Both the position numbers and the translations under genes were made by a program. The notes under the pieces are model-generated. The model was given only the letters and a program-made list of their open reading frames with translations, was not told where the DNA came from and ran no database searches. Positions 8,132 to 17,985 of a stretch of 64,000 nt of DNA are shown here, one piece after another (position 1 is the first letter of the stretch; every line of letters starts with the position of its first letter). This DNA comes from Candidatus Eiseniibacteriota bacterium (GTDB lineage: Bacteria; Eisenbacteria; RBG-16-71-46), in the NCBI GenBank assembly GCA_041483195.1, contig JBGPFC010000007.1:1-64000 (forward strand). The letters are read 5' to 3'.

Positions 8132-10728
8132 GCGGCTCCCCCCTTTTCGTGTTTCGCTTCGTGAATCACCCCCGCCTGCGCGGGGCCTTCCATCATGATT
8201 TGCCGGAACTCAGGGTCCTCACGGAGCGGCGCGAGTTCCGGATCGCGCCGCAATTCCTCCACTCCGTATCCGGCTCGAACCGCCTCGCGCAACCGCGCGA
8301 GCGCTTCCTTCCGATCGCCGAGCTGATAGAACACGTGGCCCGCCCGCACCAGGCAATCCGCGCGATCGGGCGCGAGCGTGAGCGCCCTCCCGATCGCCTC
8401 GCGAGCCTCGCGCTCGCGCGCGCGATTCGCGAACCAGCCCGCGAGCCGCGCCCAGGACTCGGGCTCTTCGGCGTTGCGCTCGAGCCGCTCCCGCATCAAT
8501 GCGATCGCGCGATCCAGCGCGGCATCCGCCTCGGGGCCGCGGCCCGGCATCCAGTGGAAAGCGTTCCCGAGATTGCCCCAGCCCAGCGGATCGGAGGGCG
8601 CGAGCTCGGTCGCCTTGGTGAAGGCGGATGCCGCCTCGTCGTAGCGCCCGAGATAGAAGAAGGTCGTCCCGAGATTGCTGAAGGCCACGGCGTTCGGGTT
8701 GATCTTCAGGGACTCACGATACGCGCACACCGCCTCCTCGAAGCGATCCAGGCGGTAGTAGAGATTTCCGAGGTTACGCCGCCCCTTCGCGTTGTCGGGC
8801 GTGAGCTCGACCACGCGCTGCCAGGGCTCGAGCGCCCGATCGTAGCGGCCTCCCACGAAGTGGAGATAGCCCAGGCGGCTGTATGCCCGCCAGTCGTCGG
8901 GCTGACTCTCGATTGCGCACCGGCACGCCTCCTCCGCCGCGCTCATCTTCCCCTCGTTGGTATACACACCGGCCAGCCCGAGGCGGGCGTCGATCAGATC
9001 CGGGCGTTGCTCCAGGGCCCGGGCGTACTCGGCCTCGGCCTCCGCGTGCAGCCCGGTGGCGAGGTGAAGATCTCCGAAGGCGAGCAGCACCTCCGCGGCG
9101 TCGGCATCGAGCAGCCGCGCCCGCTCGCACTCGCTCGCGGCCCGCGCTTCCCAGATGCGCTCCCGCGTGAGCTGGTACTTGCCGATGTACGCGCGGGCGA
9201 GGGCCGCATGGAGCGCGGCGCTGTCGCCCTCGCTCGCCATCAATTGCTCGAGCAGCCGGATCGCCCCGTCCACCGAGGCCTCGTTGTCGTATCGCCGCAG
9301 GTAGCCGAGCGCCTGCGCGAGGCGCTCGCCCGCCGCCGGATCGCGCGGGCGCGACGCGGGCGTGGCCGCGGCCTTCGCGGCGGGCAGGTCGAGCGCGCGG
9401 GTCACGCCGCTCACGACTCGATCCTCGAGATCGAACGGCGAGAACGCTGAACCGTCCGCCACCCCTCCCGCGAGCTGCGCGCCGCCCTCGGGATCCAGCA
9501 CCGACCACGTCACGCGCAGCTGAGAGCCGGAGCGCGCCACGGTGCCGCGGAGCAGCGCGTTGGCTCCGAGCGCGCGCGCGAGCGATCGAACGTCGGCCTG
9601 GGACGCGGAGACGGGCGCGGACGACGGGATGACGTGGACGCGCCCACCGGCGAGCGCCGCGCACAGCGTGCCCGACAATCGGGAGGCCAGTGACTCGATC
9701 GCGCCATCGGCATCGGCCGCGGAGCCCGCGCGCTCGAACGGCAGCACCGCCAGGAACAGCGGGTCGGGCCGCGCGGCCGGAACGCGCGGAGGCGAAACCG
9801 AACCCGCCGGCGCCGGGTCCGGCTCCGCCGCGCGGGTCACCGCCGCGGGTTCGATGTGCGGCGTCTCGAGCGCGGAGGCGCGCAACGCCGCGATCATCTC
9901 GGCGGCGGACGGATAGCGTGCACCGGGATCGCGCGCGATCGCGCGCAGGACGACGCACTCGAGCGCCGGTGGAATCTCGGGTCGCCGTTCTCGGGGCGGA
10001 CGCGGCGGCTCGTTGAGCGCGGCGTAGAGCATCGCCTCCGGCCGCTCGCCGGGAAACGGGTATCCGCCGGTGAGCGCCTCGTAGAGCACGATGCCGAGCC
10101 CGTAGAGATCGCTGCGCGCATCCGCTTCCTCGCCGCGCGCGACCTCTGGCGACATGTAGGCCACGGTGCCCATCGTGCTGCCCGAGGTCGTGAGCCGCGA
10201 GCTGCCGAGCGCCAGCGCGAGGCCGAAGTCGAGGACGTACACGCGGCCGTCGCGCGCCACCATGATGTTGCGGGCGGTGACGTCGCGATGGATCACCCCG
10301 CGCGTGTGCGCGTGCCCGAGGGCCTCGGCGGCGGCGGCCACGATGCGCACCGCCTCCGGGACCGGCATGAGGCGCCTCGTGGCGATGGCGTGCACCGTCT
10401 CGCCGTCGATCAGGGAGAGCGCGATGTAGGTGCGGCCCTCGGCCTCGCCCGCGTCGAACACGGCGACGATGCCCGGATGATCGAGCAGCGCGGCCGCCTG
10501 CGCCTCGTGGAGAAATCGCCGGCGCGCGTGGGGCTGGCCGGCCAGCGCGTCGTCCAGGATCTTGAGCGCCACCGTCCGCCCGAGCAGCGTGTCGCGCGCC
10601 TTCCAGACGGTCGCGAGTCCGCCCTGGCCGAGCGGGGCCTCGACGCGGTAACGCCCGAGCGTGCGCCCGATCAGCTCGGCGCTGCGGGGAACCGATGCGG
10701 GGTCCGGTGAACTCGAGGGGGCGGACAT
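8128..10728 (-). CDS. Hanks-type Ser/Thr protein kinase with a TolB-N-like domain and TPR repeats
   Basis: LGQGGLATV, VALKIL, HRDVTARN, DFGLA, GTVAYMSPE and SDLYGLG, then LAVLPFE and multiple TPR repeats. Confidence 0.92.
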   Translation of the reverse strand: MSAPSSSPDPASVPRSAELIGRTLGRYRVEAPLGQGGLATVWKARDTLLGRTVALKILDDALAGQPHARRRFLHEAQAAALLDHPGIVAVFDAGEAEGRTYIALSLIDGETVHAIATRRLMPVPEAVRIVAAAAEALGHAHTRGVIHRDVTARNIMVARDGRVYVLDFGLALALGSSRLTTSGSTMGTVAYMSPEVARGEEADARSDLYGLGIVLYEALTGGYPFPGERPEAMLYAALNEPPRPPRERRPEIPPALECVVLRAIARDPGARYPSAAEMIAALRASALETPHIEPAAVTRAAEPDPAPAGSVSPPRVPAARPDPLFLAVLPFERAGSAADADGAIESLASRLSGTLCAALAGGRVHVIPSSAPVSASQADVRSLARALGANALLRGTVARSGSQLRVTWSVLDPEGGAQLAGGVADGSAFSPFDLEDRVVSGVTRALDLPAAKAAATPASRPRDPAAGERLAQALGYLRRYDNEASVDGAIRLLEQLMASEGDSAALHAALARAYIGKYQLTRERIWEARAASECERARLLDADAAEVLLAFGDLHLATGLHAEAEAEYARALEQRPDLIDARLGLAGVYTNEGKMSAAEEACRCAIESQPDDWRAYSRLGYLHFVGGRYDRALEPWQRVVELTPDNAKGRRNLGNLYYRLDRFEEAVCAYRESLKINPNAVAFSNLGTTFFYLGRYDEAASAFTKATELAPSDPLGWGNLGNAFHWMPGRGPEADAALDRAIALMRERLERNAEEPESWARLAGWFANRAREREAREAIGRALTLAPDRADCLVRAGHVFYQLGDRKEALARLREAVRAGYGVEELRRDPELAPLREDPEFRQIMMEGPAQAGVIHEAKHEKGGAA

Positions 10729-10923
10729 GAATGGATCGCTCCGCGCTCCGCGGCTCGCGACGGGGGATCGGCGGCCGCAGAGAAGAAAACCCTAAGTCTC
10801 TCGGCGCGCGCAGGTCAAGGCGTGGCCCGGGCTCCGATCCTAGGCCCGGCCGCCCGCATCGAGGGTTCGACGGATCGCCCCCGCGGCGTGGCCCCGGGCA
10901 CGTACTCTGCTACGATGCGCTGC

Positions 10924-12312
10924 ATGCTGCTGCCCATCTTCGCGCTGCTGGCGGGACTCGCAAATGCGGCGGCGTCCGCGCCCCCGCCCGCGACCGGCCC
11001 GGCGCCGACGACGCATGGGGCCTGCGTGTTTCCCTTCATCGCCGACGACTACGCGAAGGCGATCGCCGAGGCCCGGGCGCGCAAGGTCCCGCTCTTCATC
11101 GAATCCTGGGCGCCGTGGTGACACACGTGCCGTTCGATGCGGGCCTTCGTCTTCACCGACAGGTCCCTCGCGCGGCACGCCGGACGGTTCGTCTGGCTCG
11201 CGATCGACACCGAGAAGGCGAAGAACGCGGCGCTCACGAAGCGGCTCGCAGTCCACGCGCTGCCCAGCTTCTTCATCCTCGATCCCATTAGCGAGGCCGT
11301 CGCGCTGCGCTGGGTAGGCGGGGCAACGCCCCCGCAGCTCGAGAAGATCCTCGACGACGGGAACGCGGCGGTGGCGGCCGCCCAGCGCGGCGCATCGAGC
11401 CCCGCTCTGATCCCGGGCGGCGCGAGCGCGGAGGCTGATGCCGCGCTCGCGCGCGCCGACCGCCTCTACGGAGCGGCCGACTACCCCGCCGCCGACTCGG
11501 CATTCGAGGCGGCGCTCGCGATCGCGCCCGCGGGCTGGCCGCAACTCGGACGCGCGACCGAGTCGCTGCTCTACGCGCTTCAGGAGAGTGGCGGCGAGGC
11601 TCGATGCGCGGCGCTCGCGCGCGAAGCTTTCCCCGGGCTGCGGCACACCCCGTCCGCCGCGAACCTCGCGGGCAGCGGGCTCGAGTGCGCGCTGGGGCTC
11701 GACGCGGGCGTCTCCGGGCGCGACTCGCTGATCGCGGCGCTCGAAGCCGATTGCCGCGAGGTGCTCGCCGACACCGCGCTCGCGATCGCGGCCGACGACC
11801 GCTCCGGGCTCTACATCAGCCTGCTCGATGCGCGGCAGGACGCGAAGGACGAGGCGGGCGCGAGGCAGGTGGCGCTCGCGTGGTCCGCCTATCTCGACGG
11901 CGTGGCGGGGCGCGCGCCGACGCCGGAGGCGCGCGCCTCGCTCGACTCGCACCGGCTCTCCGCCTACCTCGAGCTGGGCGAGCCCGAGCGCGCCATCCCG
12001 ATGCTCGATGCCTCGGAGCGCGATGCGCCAGACGACTACAATCCGCCCGCGCGGCTCGCGATCGCCTATCGCGCGATGAAGCGATGGGACGATGCGCTCG
12101 CAGCGTCCGACCGCGCGCTGCTCCATGCGTACGGCCCGCGCAAGCTCGGCATCCTCCAGGTGCGCGCCGACATCTTCAACGGGCGCGGCGATCCGGCGAC
12201 GGCGAAGCGCACGCTGCGGGAGGCGCTCGATCTGGCCGAGTCGTTCGCGCCCGGTCAGCGCTCGGAATCCACCATCGGCGTGCTCAAGAAGAAGCTCGCC
12301 GCGATGCCATAG
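10924..12312 (+). CDS. Exported thioredoxin-fold/TPR protein, putative selenoprotein (in-frame UGA at 11119-11121, UxxC motif)
   Basis: The two track ORFs (10822-11121 and 11137-12312) are in the same frame. Readthrough gives PLFIESWAPW-U-HTCRSM, the thioredoxin WCxxC site. A signal peptide follows the ATG at 10924 (alternative start 10915). Confidence 0.8.
11126..11179 (+). other. Candidate SECIS-like stem-loop directly 3' of the UGA
   Basis: CGTGCCG (11126-32) pairs with CGGCACG (11173-79). GGGCCT pairs with AGGTCC (one G-U). GTC/GAC closes the loop TTCACC. Confidence 0.5.
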
Positions 12313-12326
12313 CCGGGGCGGACCCC

Positions 12327-13253
12327 GTGCGAGGCCCGCGTCCGCCGCTGCGGCTCTCCCCCGCTTCGGAGTACTCGGCCGATGCGATGGCCGCGCTCTT
12401 CAACCGCTGCTACGCCGGCTACTACGTTTCCATCCAGCTCGACGGGCCGGGCTTCTCGAACATGCTCGCGTGGTTCGACGTGAGCCCCGAGGATTCGCGC
12501 GTCGGCAGCGAGGGCGAACTCGCCGTCGCGTGCGCCATGCTCGCGGTGCGCGATCGTCGCGGCTGGATCGCCGGCATGGGGGTCGCGCCCGAGGCGCGCG
12601 GCTCAGGGCTGGGGCACGCCATGATGGAGGCGGTGATCGGGCGCGCGATCGCGCGCGGGCTCGCGAGCGTGGATCTCGAGGTGCTCGAACAGAACGAGCC
12701 GGCGATTCGCATCTACGAGGCGCTGGGATTTCGCGACCGGCGCCTGGTCGCGTTCTGGGGCCGCGACCCCGCGCCGCCTCCGCCCCCGCCGCGGCGGGCC
12801 GCCCTCGTGGTGACTCCCGCCTCGGTCGAGGACTGCCTCGCGTGCCACGGCGCGCTCCACGCCGCGCGCCCCGCCTGGCAGTGCGACGCGCCTTCCATCG
12901 AGCACGCCGCGGGCCGGCTCCGCGCGCTCGCGGTGCGGGACCGCGGCGCGATCCGCGCGTGGATCGTGTATCGCGCGGAGGCAGGCGCGGTGCGCATCGC
13001 CGACATCGCGGCCGCGGATGAACCCATGGGCGAGCCGGGCGGCGCGTCGGCAGCTTGCGAGGCGCTGCTGCTGGAGTTGATCGCGGCCCACCCCGCGGCC
13101 TCCATCACCCTGCTCAATCTTCCCGCGGCTCATGCCGCGGAGCCCGCGCTCACCCGCCTCGGGTTCGGCGTGCGCCTCTCGCAGCGCGAGATGACGCTCG
13201 CGCTCGCCGCGCCCCGGGGAGCGGACGGTCGCGCGGCTACGCCTCCTGCTTGA
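12327..13253 (+). CDS. GNAT-family N-acetyltransferase (two GNAT-like halves)
   Basis: GWIAGMGVAPEARGSGLG acetyl-CoA motif and LEVLEQNEPAIRIYEALGF. Start is GTG 12327 or ATG 12387. Confidence 0.85.
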   Translation: MRGPRPPLRLSPASEYSADAMAALFNRCYAGYYVSIQLDGPGFSNMLAWFDVSPEDSRVGSEGELAVACAMLAVRDRRGWIAGMGVAPEARGSGLGHAMMEAVIGRAIARGLASVDLEVLEQNEPAIRIYEALGFRDRRLVAFWGRDPAPPPPPPRRAALVVTPASVEDCLACHGALHAARPAWQCDAPSIEHAAGRLRALAVRDRGAIRAWIVYRAEAGAVRIADIAAADEPMGEPGGASAACEALLLELIAAHPAASITLLNLPAAHAAEPALTRLGFGVRLSQREMTLALAAPRGADGRAATPPA

Positions 13254-14187
13254 TGCGGGGATCGAGCGTCATGTAGAGCAGGTCCACCACCAGGTTCGCG
13301 ATCACGATGAAGAGCGCGGCGAACAGCACCGTGCCCATCACCATCGGGAGATCGCGCTGGCGGATCGCGCGCCACGCGAGCCCGCCGATGCCGGGGATGC
13401 CATATACGGACTCGGTGAGCACCGCCCCGCCCAGCAGATACGCGAAGTCCATGCCGAGCATGGTGACGAGCGGGAGCAGCGCGTTGCGCAGGATGTGACG
13501 GCGCACCACGTCCCCGGGCGGGAGACCCTTGGCCCGCGCGGTGCGCACGTAGTCGAGACGCGAGACCTCCAGCATCTGCGAGCGCGTCATGCGCGCGTAC
13601 CACCCCGCGTAGAGCAGCGCGAGCGTGACCCACGGCAGCACCAGGTGATGCGCCCAGCTCAGCACCCCCGCCTCCCCAATCGTCTGATAGTCACCCAGCG
13701 GGAACCAGCCGAACTGGTCCGCGAACACGCGCAGGAACACGAGGCCCAGCCAGTACGCCGGCGCCGAGATCCCGAACAGCGCGAGCACCATCGCGAACCG
13801 GTCCCAGAGCGAGCCGGGCTTCAGCGCGCTCAGGATGCCGAGCGGGATCCCGAGCAGCAGCCAGATCGCCACCGCGCCGATGCTGAGCGAGAGCGTCTTG
13901 GGAAACGCCTGGCGAATTGCGTCGGCCACCGGCTGCTGGCTCACGTAGGAGAATCCCCAGTCGCCGCGCGCGGCGTGTCCGAGGAAGCGCGCGAACTGGA
14001 CGGGCTTCGGCAGGTCGAGCCCGAGGTCCTTCTCGATCTTCGCGATCGTCTCCTTCGACGCGTACTTGCCGGCGATCAGCGCAGCCGGGTTGGTGGGGAC
14101 CGCGAAGAAGATCACGAACGTCGCCGCGCTCACGATCACCAGCACCACCACGCTCCAGAGCAGGCGCCGCACCAGCTGCGCGGTCAT
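13237..14187 (-). CDS. Peptide/nickel ABC transporter permease (OppB/DppB-like)
   Basis: GLDLPKPVQF, GDWGFSY, DYVRTARAKGL, HILRNALLP and RDLPMVMG. ATGA-coupled to the upstream permease. Confidence 0.92.
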   Translation of the reverse strand: MTAQLVRRLLWSVVVLVIVSAATFVIFFAVPTNPAALIAGKYASKETIAKIEKDLGLDLPKPVQFARFLGHAARGDWGFSYVSQQPVADAIRQAFPKTLSLSIGAVAIWLLLGIPLGILSALKPGSLWDRFAMVLALFGISAPAYWLGLVFLRVFADQFGWFPLGDYQTIGEAGVLSWAHHLVLPWVTLALLYAGWYARMTRSQMLEVSRLDYVRTARAKGLPPGDVVRRHILRNALLPLVTMLGMDFAYLLGGAVLTESVYGIPGIGGLAWRAIRQRDLPMVMGTVLFAALFIVIANLVVDLLYMTLDPRIKQEA

Positions 14188-15149
14188 CGCGTCCGCCGCG
14201 CGCTCGATCCGGGATCGAGCGCATCGCGCAATCCGTCGCCCACCAGGTTGAAGCTCACCACTGTCATCAGGATGGCGAGCCCCGGGAACAGGGTGATCCA
14301 CCACGCGACCGTGTAGAAGCCCATCCCCTCCTGGATCATGTTGCCCCACGACGGCGTGGGAGGCCGGATGCCGACGCCGAGAAACGAGAGCGCGCTCTCG
14401 AGCAGGATGTTGCCAGCCACCGACAGCGTCGCGAACACGATCACCGGGCCCGCCAGGTTCGGCAGCAGATGGCGCGCGAGCAGCGCGGCGTCGCTGGCGC
14501 CCAGCGCGCGCGCCGCCTCGATGAAGTCGCGCTCGCGCAGCGAGAGCACCTCGGCGCGGATGATGCGCGCGAGGTAGGTCCAGTTCACGAGCGCGAGGAT
14601 CAGGATCACGATCCACACGCTGCCCTGCCGCAGCACCGAGGCGAGCGCGATCGCGAGCAGCAGCACCGGGATCGCCATCATCGCGTCAACGAACCGCGAG
14701 ATGATCATGTCCGCGGTGCCGCGGTAGAACCCCGCCAGCAGTCCGCCCGCGAGGCCAAGCGCGAGCGCGAACAGAGTCCCCATCAGCGAAACGAACAGCG
14801 AGACCCGCGCCCCGTAGATCAGCCGCGCGAGCACGTCGCGGCCCAGCAGGTCGGCGCCCAGCCAGAAGCGCGGGTTGGGGCCGAGCGGCAGGCCGTCGTC
14901 CGACACCACGTCGACCGCGCGGCCCGCGATCGTGAGCGGGGTCGTCATGTGCAGCTCGAACGCCGACTGGTGCAGCACGCGCGGCACGATCCAGGGCGCC
15001 GCGACCGCGAGCAGCGTGAGGACCGCGAGGAACGCGAGGCCCGCCATCGCCCACCCGTCCGCGAGGAACCGGCGCATGACCTGGAGTCCGGGCGAGGCGT
15101 CGGCGGCCACCGCATCACGGATCTGCGGATCGAGCGCGGTGACGGTCAC
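14184..15149 (-). CDS. Peptide ABC transporter permease (OppC/DppC-like)
   Basis: LGADLLGRDVLARLIYGARVSL, FIEAARALGAS, LSFLGVG and PPTPSWG. GTGA overlap with the binding-protein stop. Confidence 0.92.
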   Translation of the reverse strand: MTVTALDPQIRDAVAADASPGLQVMRRFLADGWAMAGLAFLAVLTLLAVAAPWIVPRVLHQSAFELHMTTPLTIAGRAVDVVSDDGLPLGPNPRFWLGADLLGRDVLARLIYGARVSLFVSLMGTLFALALGLAGGLLAGFYRGTADMIISRFVDAMMAIPVLLLAIALASVLRQGSVWIVILILALVNWTYLARIIRAEVLSLRERDFIEAARALGASDAALLARHLLPNLAGPVIVFATLSVAGNILLESALSFLGVGIRPPTPSWGNMIQEGMGFYTVAWWITLFPGLAILMTVVSFNLVGDGLRDALDPGSSARRTR

Positions 15150-16882
15150 GGGCGCGGCTCGATCCGCGCGGCGAGCGGCGCGGCCCCGGCGGGTCGCTTC
15201 AGGTAGAGATCCTCGAGCCTGAGGATGCGCGTGATGTGCCGGTACCAGCCGCCGAGGCGCTGGCTGTAGAGCCGGCTCTCGTACACGTGGACGAGCGGCA
15301 TGACCGGGGCGCGGTCCATCACCATGCGGTCCACCTGCTGCCACAACCGCGCGCGCGACGAATCGCCGGGAGTGACCATCGCGCGCTCGATGAGGGCGTT
15401 GACGTCGGCGTCGTCGAACAGGCTCAGGTTGTTGTTGAAGAGCGCGGCGATGCGATGGCCGTTGAGCAGCGTGTCGAAGAAGTTCGAGGGATCCACGTAG
15501 TCCGCGGTCCACGCGTACCACCCGAACGGCACGTGATACGCGGTGTCGCCGGCCATCGACGTGTAGCCCACCGCCTCGCCAACGTCGAGCTTCGCGCGGA
15601 TGCCCGCCTCCGCGAGCTGCTGCTGCAGCACGGCGAGGATGCGCGGGTAGGGCTCGGTCGTGATGCCGAACAACGTCACGTCGATCCCATTCGGGTATCC
15701 CGCCTCGGTCAGCAGCCGGCGCGCGCGAGCGATATCGGGTCCCTCGTAACGGTGCAGTTGCACGGCGCCCGGCATCCCGGGCGGCAGGAACTCGCCAGCC
15801 GACACGGCTCGCCCCGACCACACCTTGATCAGCGCCCGGCGGTCGAGCGCCCAGCCAACCGCCTGCCGCACACGCACATCGTTGAACGGCTTGATCCTCA
15901 CGTTGAAGTACAGATAGTCGGTCTCGAGCCCGTCCGCGATGTCCACCTGCCCGCGCCAGAGCGAGTCCGCGCGCAGACGCACCGCCTCGGCGGCCGGGAC
16001 CTCGAAGAACCCGCCGTCGGCCTGCCCGCGACGGATCAGCGCCACCGCGTTGGTCGGGCTCACCCCGAGCCGCTCCTCGATGGTATCGAGCCACGCCGGG
16101 GTTCCGCAGTAGTCAGGATTGCGGACCAGCAGCACCCGATGGCGCGGCGTGAACTCCGCCACCTCGTAGGGACCGGTCGCGACGGTGTGCTGGGAGAAGG
16201 TCGTGCGGTAGCGCTCCGCGACCTCGCGCGGCACCGGGGCGGTGAAGGTCATCGCGATCAGGAACGGGAAGATCGGGTCGCGGTGCTCGAGGCGTATGTA
16301 CAGCGAATCGCCGCGCGCGATCACGCCCGGCAGCACGCTGTCCTTCCCGGCGATCACCGCGCGCGCGCCGACGATGTTGCGGTAGAAGCTCACCCCCGGC
16401 GAGTTCACCCTGAACAGACGCTCGAACGCGTACTTGCAGTCCGAGGCCTCGATGTGGCGGTGGAGCGGAGCACCGAATCGCGCGTCCGCGCGGAGCTTCA
16501 TGCAGTAGAGCGTGCCGTCCTCGCGCACCTCGGGGACCCGTTCGACCAGGTCGGGGACGATTCGCGCGCCGGCCGTGCCCGGTGCGCTCGCGTAGTCGAT
16601 CAGCGTGTGGAAGACCGCCTGCGTGACCGGCGCCGAGTACGTTCCGTAGGAGAGCGCGGGGTCGAGAAAGTCGGGATCCTCTTCGCGCACCAGGACGGCC
16701 TTGCCGCCGCGGCGCGGCGTCCCGCCGGCATCGGGCCCCGGTGGATACGCGAGGTCCGCCGCGCGATGGTTGCAGGCGACGCACGCGGCGCAGGCGATGA
16801 TCGCGAGCAGCAGCGCCGCCGCGCGCGACGGGAGGCGCGGCGGCACACGCGGAGCGGGAAGTTGCGCGAGAGTTTCGGGCAT
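15146..16882 (-). CDS. Peptide ABC transporter substrate-binding protein (family 5), probable lipoprotein
   Basis: Cys-containing signal, LDPALSY, VATGPY, PFNDVRVRQAV, ARRLLTEAGYPNG and WTADYVDP. Confidence 0.92.
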   Translation of the reverse strand: MPETLAQLPAPRVPPRLPSRAAALLLAIIACAACVACNHRAADLAYPPGPDAGGTPRRGGKAVLVREEDPDFLDPALSYGTYSAPVTQAVFHTLIDYASAPGTAGARIVPDLVERVPEVREDGTLYCMKLRADARFGAPLHRHIEASDCKYAFERLFRVNSPGVSFYRNIVGARAVIAGKDSVLPGVIARGDSLYIRLEHRDPIFPFLIAMTFTAPVPREVAERYRTTFSQHTVATGPYEVAEFTPRHRVLLVRNPDYCGTPAWLDTIEERLGVSPTNAVALIRRGQADGGFFEVPAAEAVRLRADSLWRGQVDIADGLETDYLYFNVRIKPFNDVRVRQAVGWALDRRALIKVWSGRAVSAGEFLPPGMPGAVQLHRYEGPDIARARRLLTEAGYPNGIDVTLFGITTEPYPRILAVLQQQLAEAGIRAKLDVGEAVGYTSMAGDTAYHVPFGWYAWTADYVDPSNFFDTLLNGHRIAALFNNNLSLFDDADVNALIERAMVTPGDSSRARLWQQVDRMVMDRAPVMPLVHVYESRLYSQRLGGWYRHITRILRLEDLYLKRPAGAAPLAARIEPRP

Positions 16883-17076
16883 GGAGCGAGCGCGCATTCT
16901 AACCGGGCCGCGGGGCGCGGGTCACGGCCTATGCGCGAGCGCGGCGGGCGCGGCGACCGGCGCGAGCCCCGAGTCCGGCAGGCCGCCGCGGCTGGCCTTC
17001 AGCGCGCGGCTTGGCTAGTGTGCGCGGTCCAGGGTTCTCGTCCGGCCGCGCGGTCCACCTCATTCACGGCGATCTC

Positions 17077-17985
17077 ATGAACGGACTCATCCCCCGCGCG
17101 ACGCCCGCCGCCCTGCTCGCGGCCTTCATCGGTTGCTGCCTGGTCTGGGGCAGCACCTTCATGGTGATCAGCGTCGGGGACGAACAGGTGCCGCCGTTCT
17201 GGGCGGCGGCCATCCGTCTCGCCCTGGCGTGCGTGCTCCTGACCGCGATCACCCGGCTCTCGGGTCAGCGGCTGCCGCGGGGAGCCGCGGCGCGGGCCGC
17301 CGCGACCTTCGGGTTCCTCAACTTCGGCCTGGGATTCTGCCTGCTGTACTGGGGCGAGCAGACCGTCCCATCGGGATTGGCCGCCGTGCTCTACGGCACC
17401 ATTCCACTCACCACCGCGCTGCTCGCGTGGGGATGGGGGCTCGAGCGTCTGATCGCCGTCCGCGTGGCCGGGGCGATCATCGCGTTCGCCGGCGTCGCCT
17501 CGATCTTCTCGGGACAGATCGGCGGGCGCGCGGCTCCGCTTTCGATCGGGGCGCTGTTCTGCGCCGCCACGCTCGCCTCCGTCTCGGGCGTGGTCCTCAA
17601 GTCGGGGCCGCGGCAGAGCCCGATCGGGGCGAACGCGGTCGCGGCGGCCGTGGGGTTCATGGTGTGCCTGGCCGCGAGCTTCCTGGCGCGCGAGCCGCAC
17701 GCGTTCCCGGCCACGTCGCGCGGGCTGTTCTCGATCATGTATCTCACGCTCGCGGGATCGGTGGGAGCGTTCGTGCTCTACGCGTGGCTCGTCAACCACT
17801 GGGCGCTGACGCGCATCAGCTTCATCTCGGTGGTCGTGCCGATCGTGGCGCTGGTCTTCGGGACCACGCTCCGGCACGAGCGCCTGACGGCGGCGCACTG
17901 GATCGGATCGCTGCTGGTGCTCGCGGGGCTGCTGCTCGCGCTCCTGGGCGGCCGCGGCGGCGCGGACTCCGCGAGGACCCCGTGA
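17077..17985 (+). CDS. EamA/DMT-family transporter
   Basis: LVWGSTF, VPPFWAAAIR, VPSGLAAV and YLTLAGSVGAF, with about 10 hydrophobic segments. Confidence 0.9.
   Translation: MNGLIPRATPAALLAAFIGCCLVWGSTFMVISVGDEQVPPFWAAAIRLALACVLLTAITRLSGQRLPRGAAARAAATFGFLNFGLGFCLLYWGEQTVPSGLAAVLYGTIPLTTALLAWGWGLERLIAVRVAGAIIAFAGVASIFSGQIGGRAAPLSIGALFCAATLASVSGVVLKSGPRQSPIGANAVAAAVGFMVCLAASFLAREPHAFPATSRGLFSIMYLTLAGSVGAFVLYAWLVNHWALTRISFISVVVPIVALVFGTTLRHERLTAAHWIGSLLVLAGLLLALLGGRGGADSARTP

Noticed and set aside
8068..9450. ORF beginning MVWACAACAACAS as a metallothionein-like or RiPP protein
   Set aside because: It is the antisense shadow of the KPHKPH repeat and the kinase TPR region.
11137..12312. Independent gene starting at 11137, with 10822-11121 as a separate small ORF
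   Set aside because: Both are in the same frame and the split bisects the thioredoxin active site. UGA readthrough is more parsimonious, although a nonsense mutation is not excluded.
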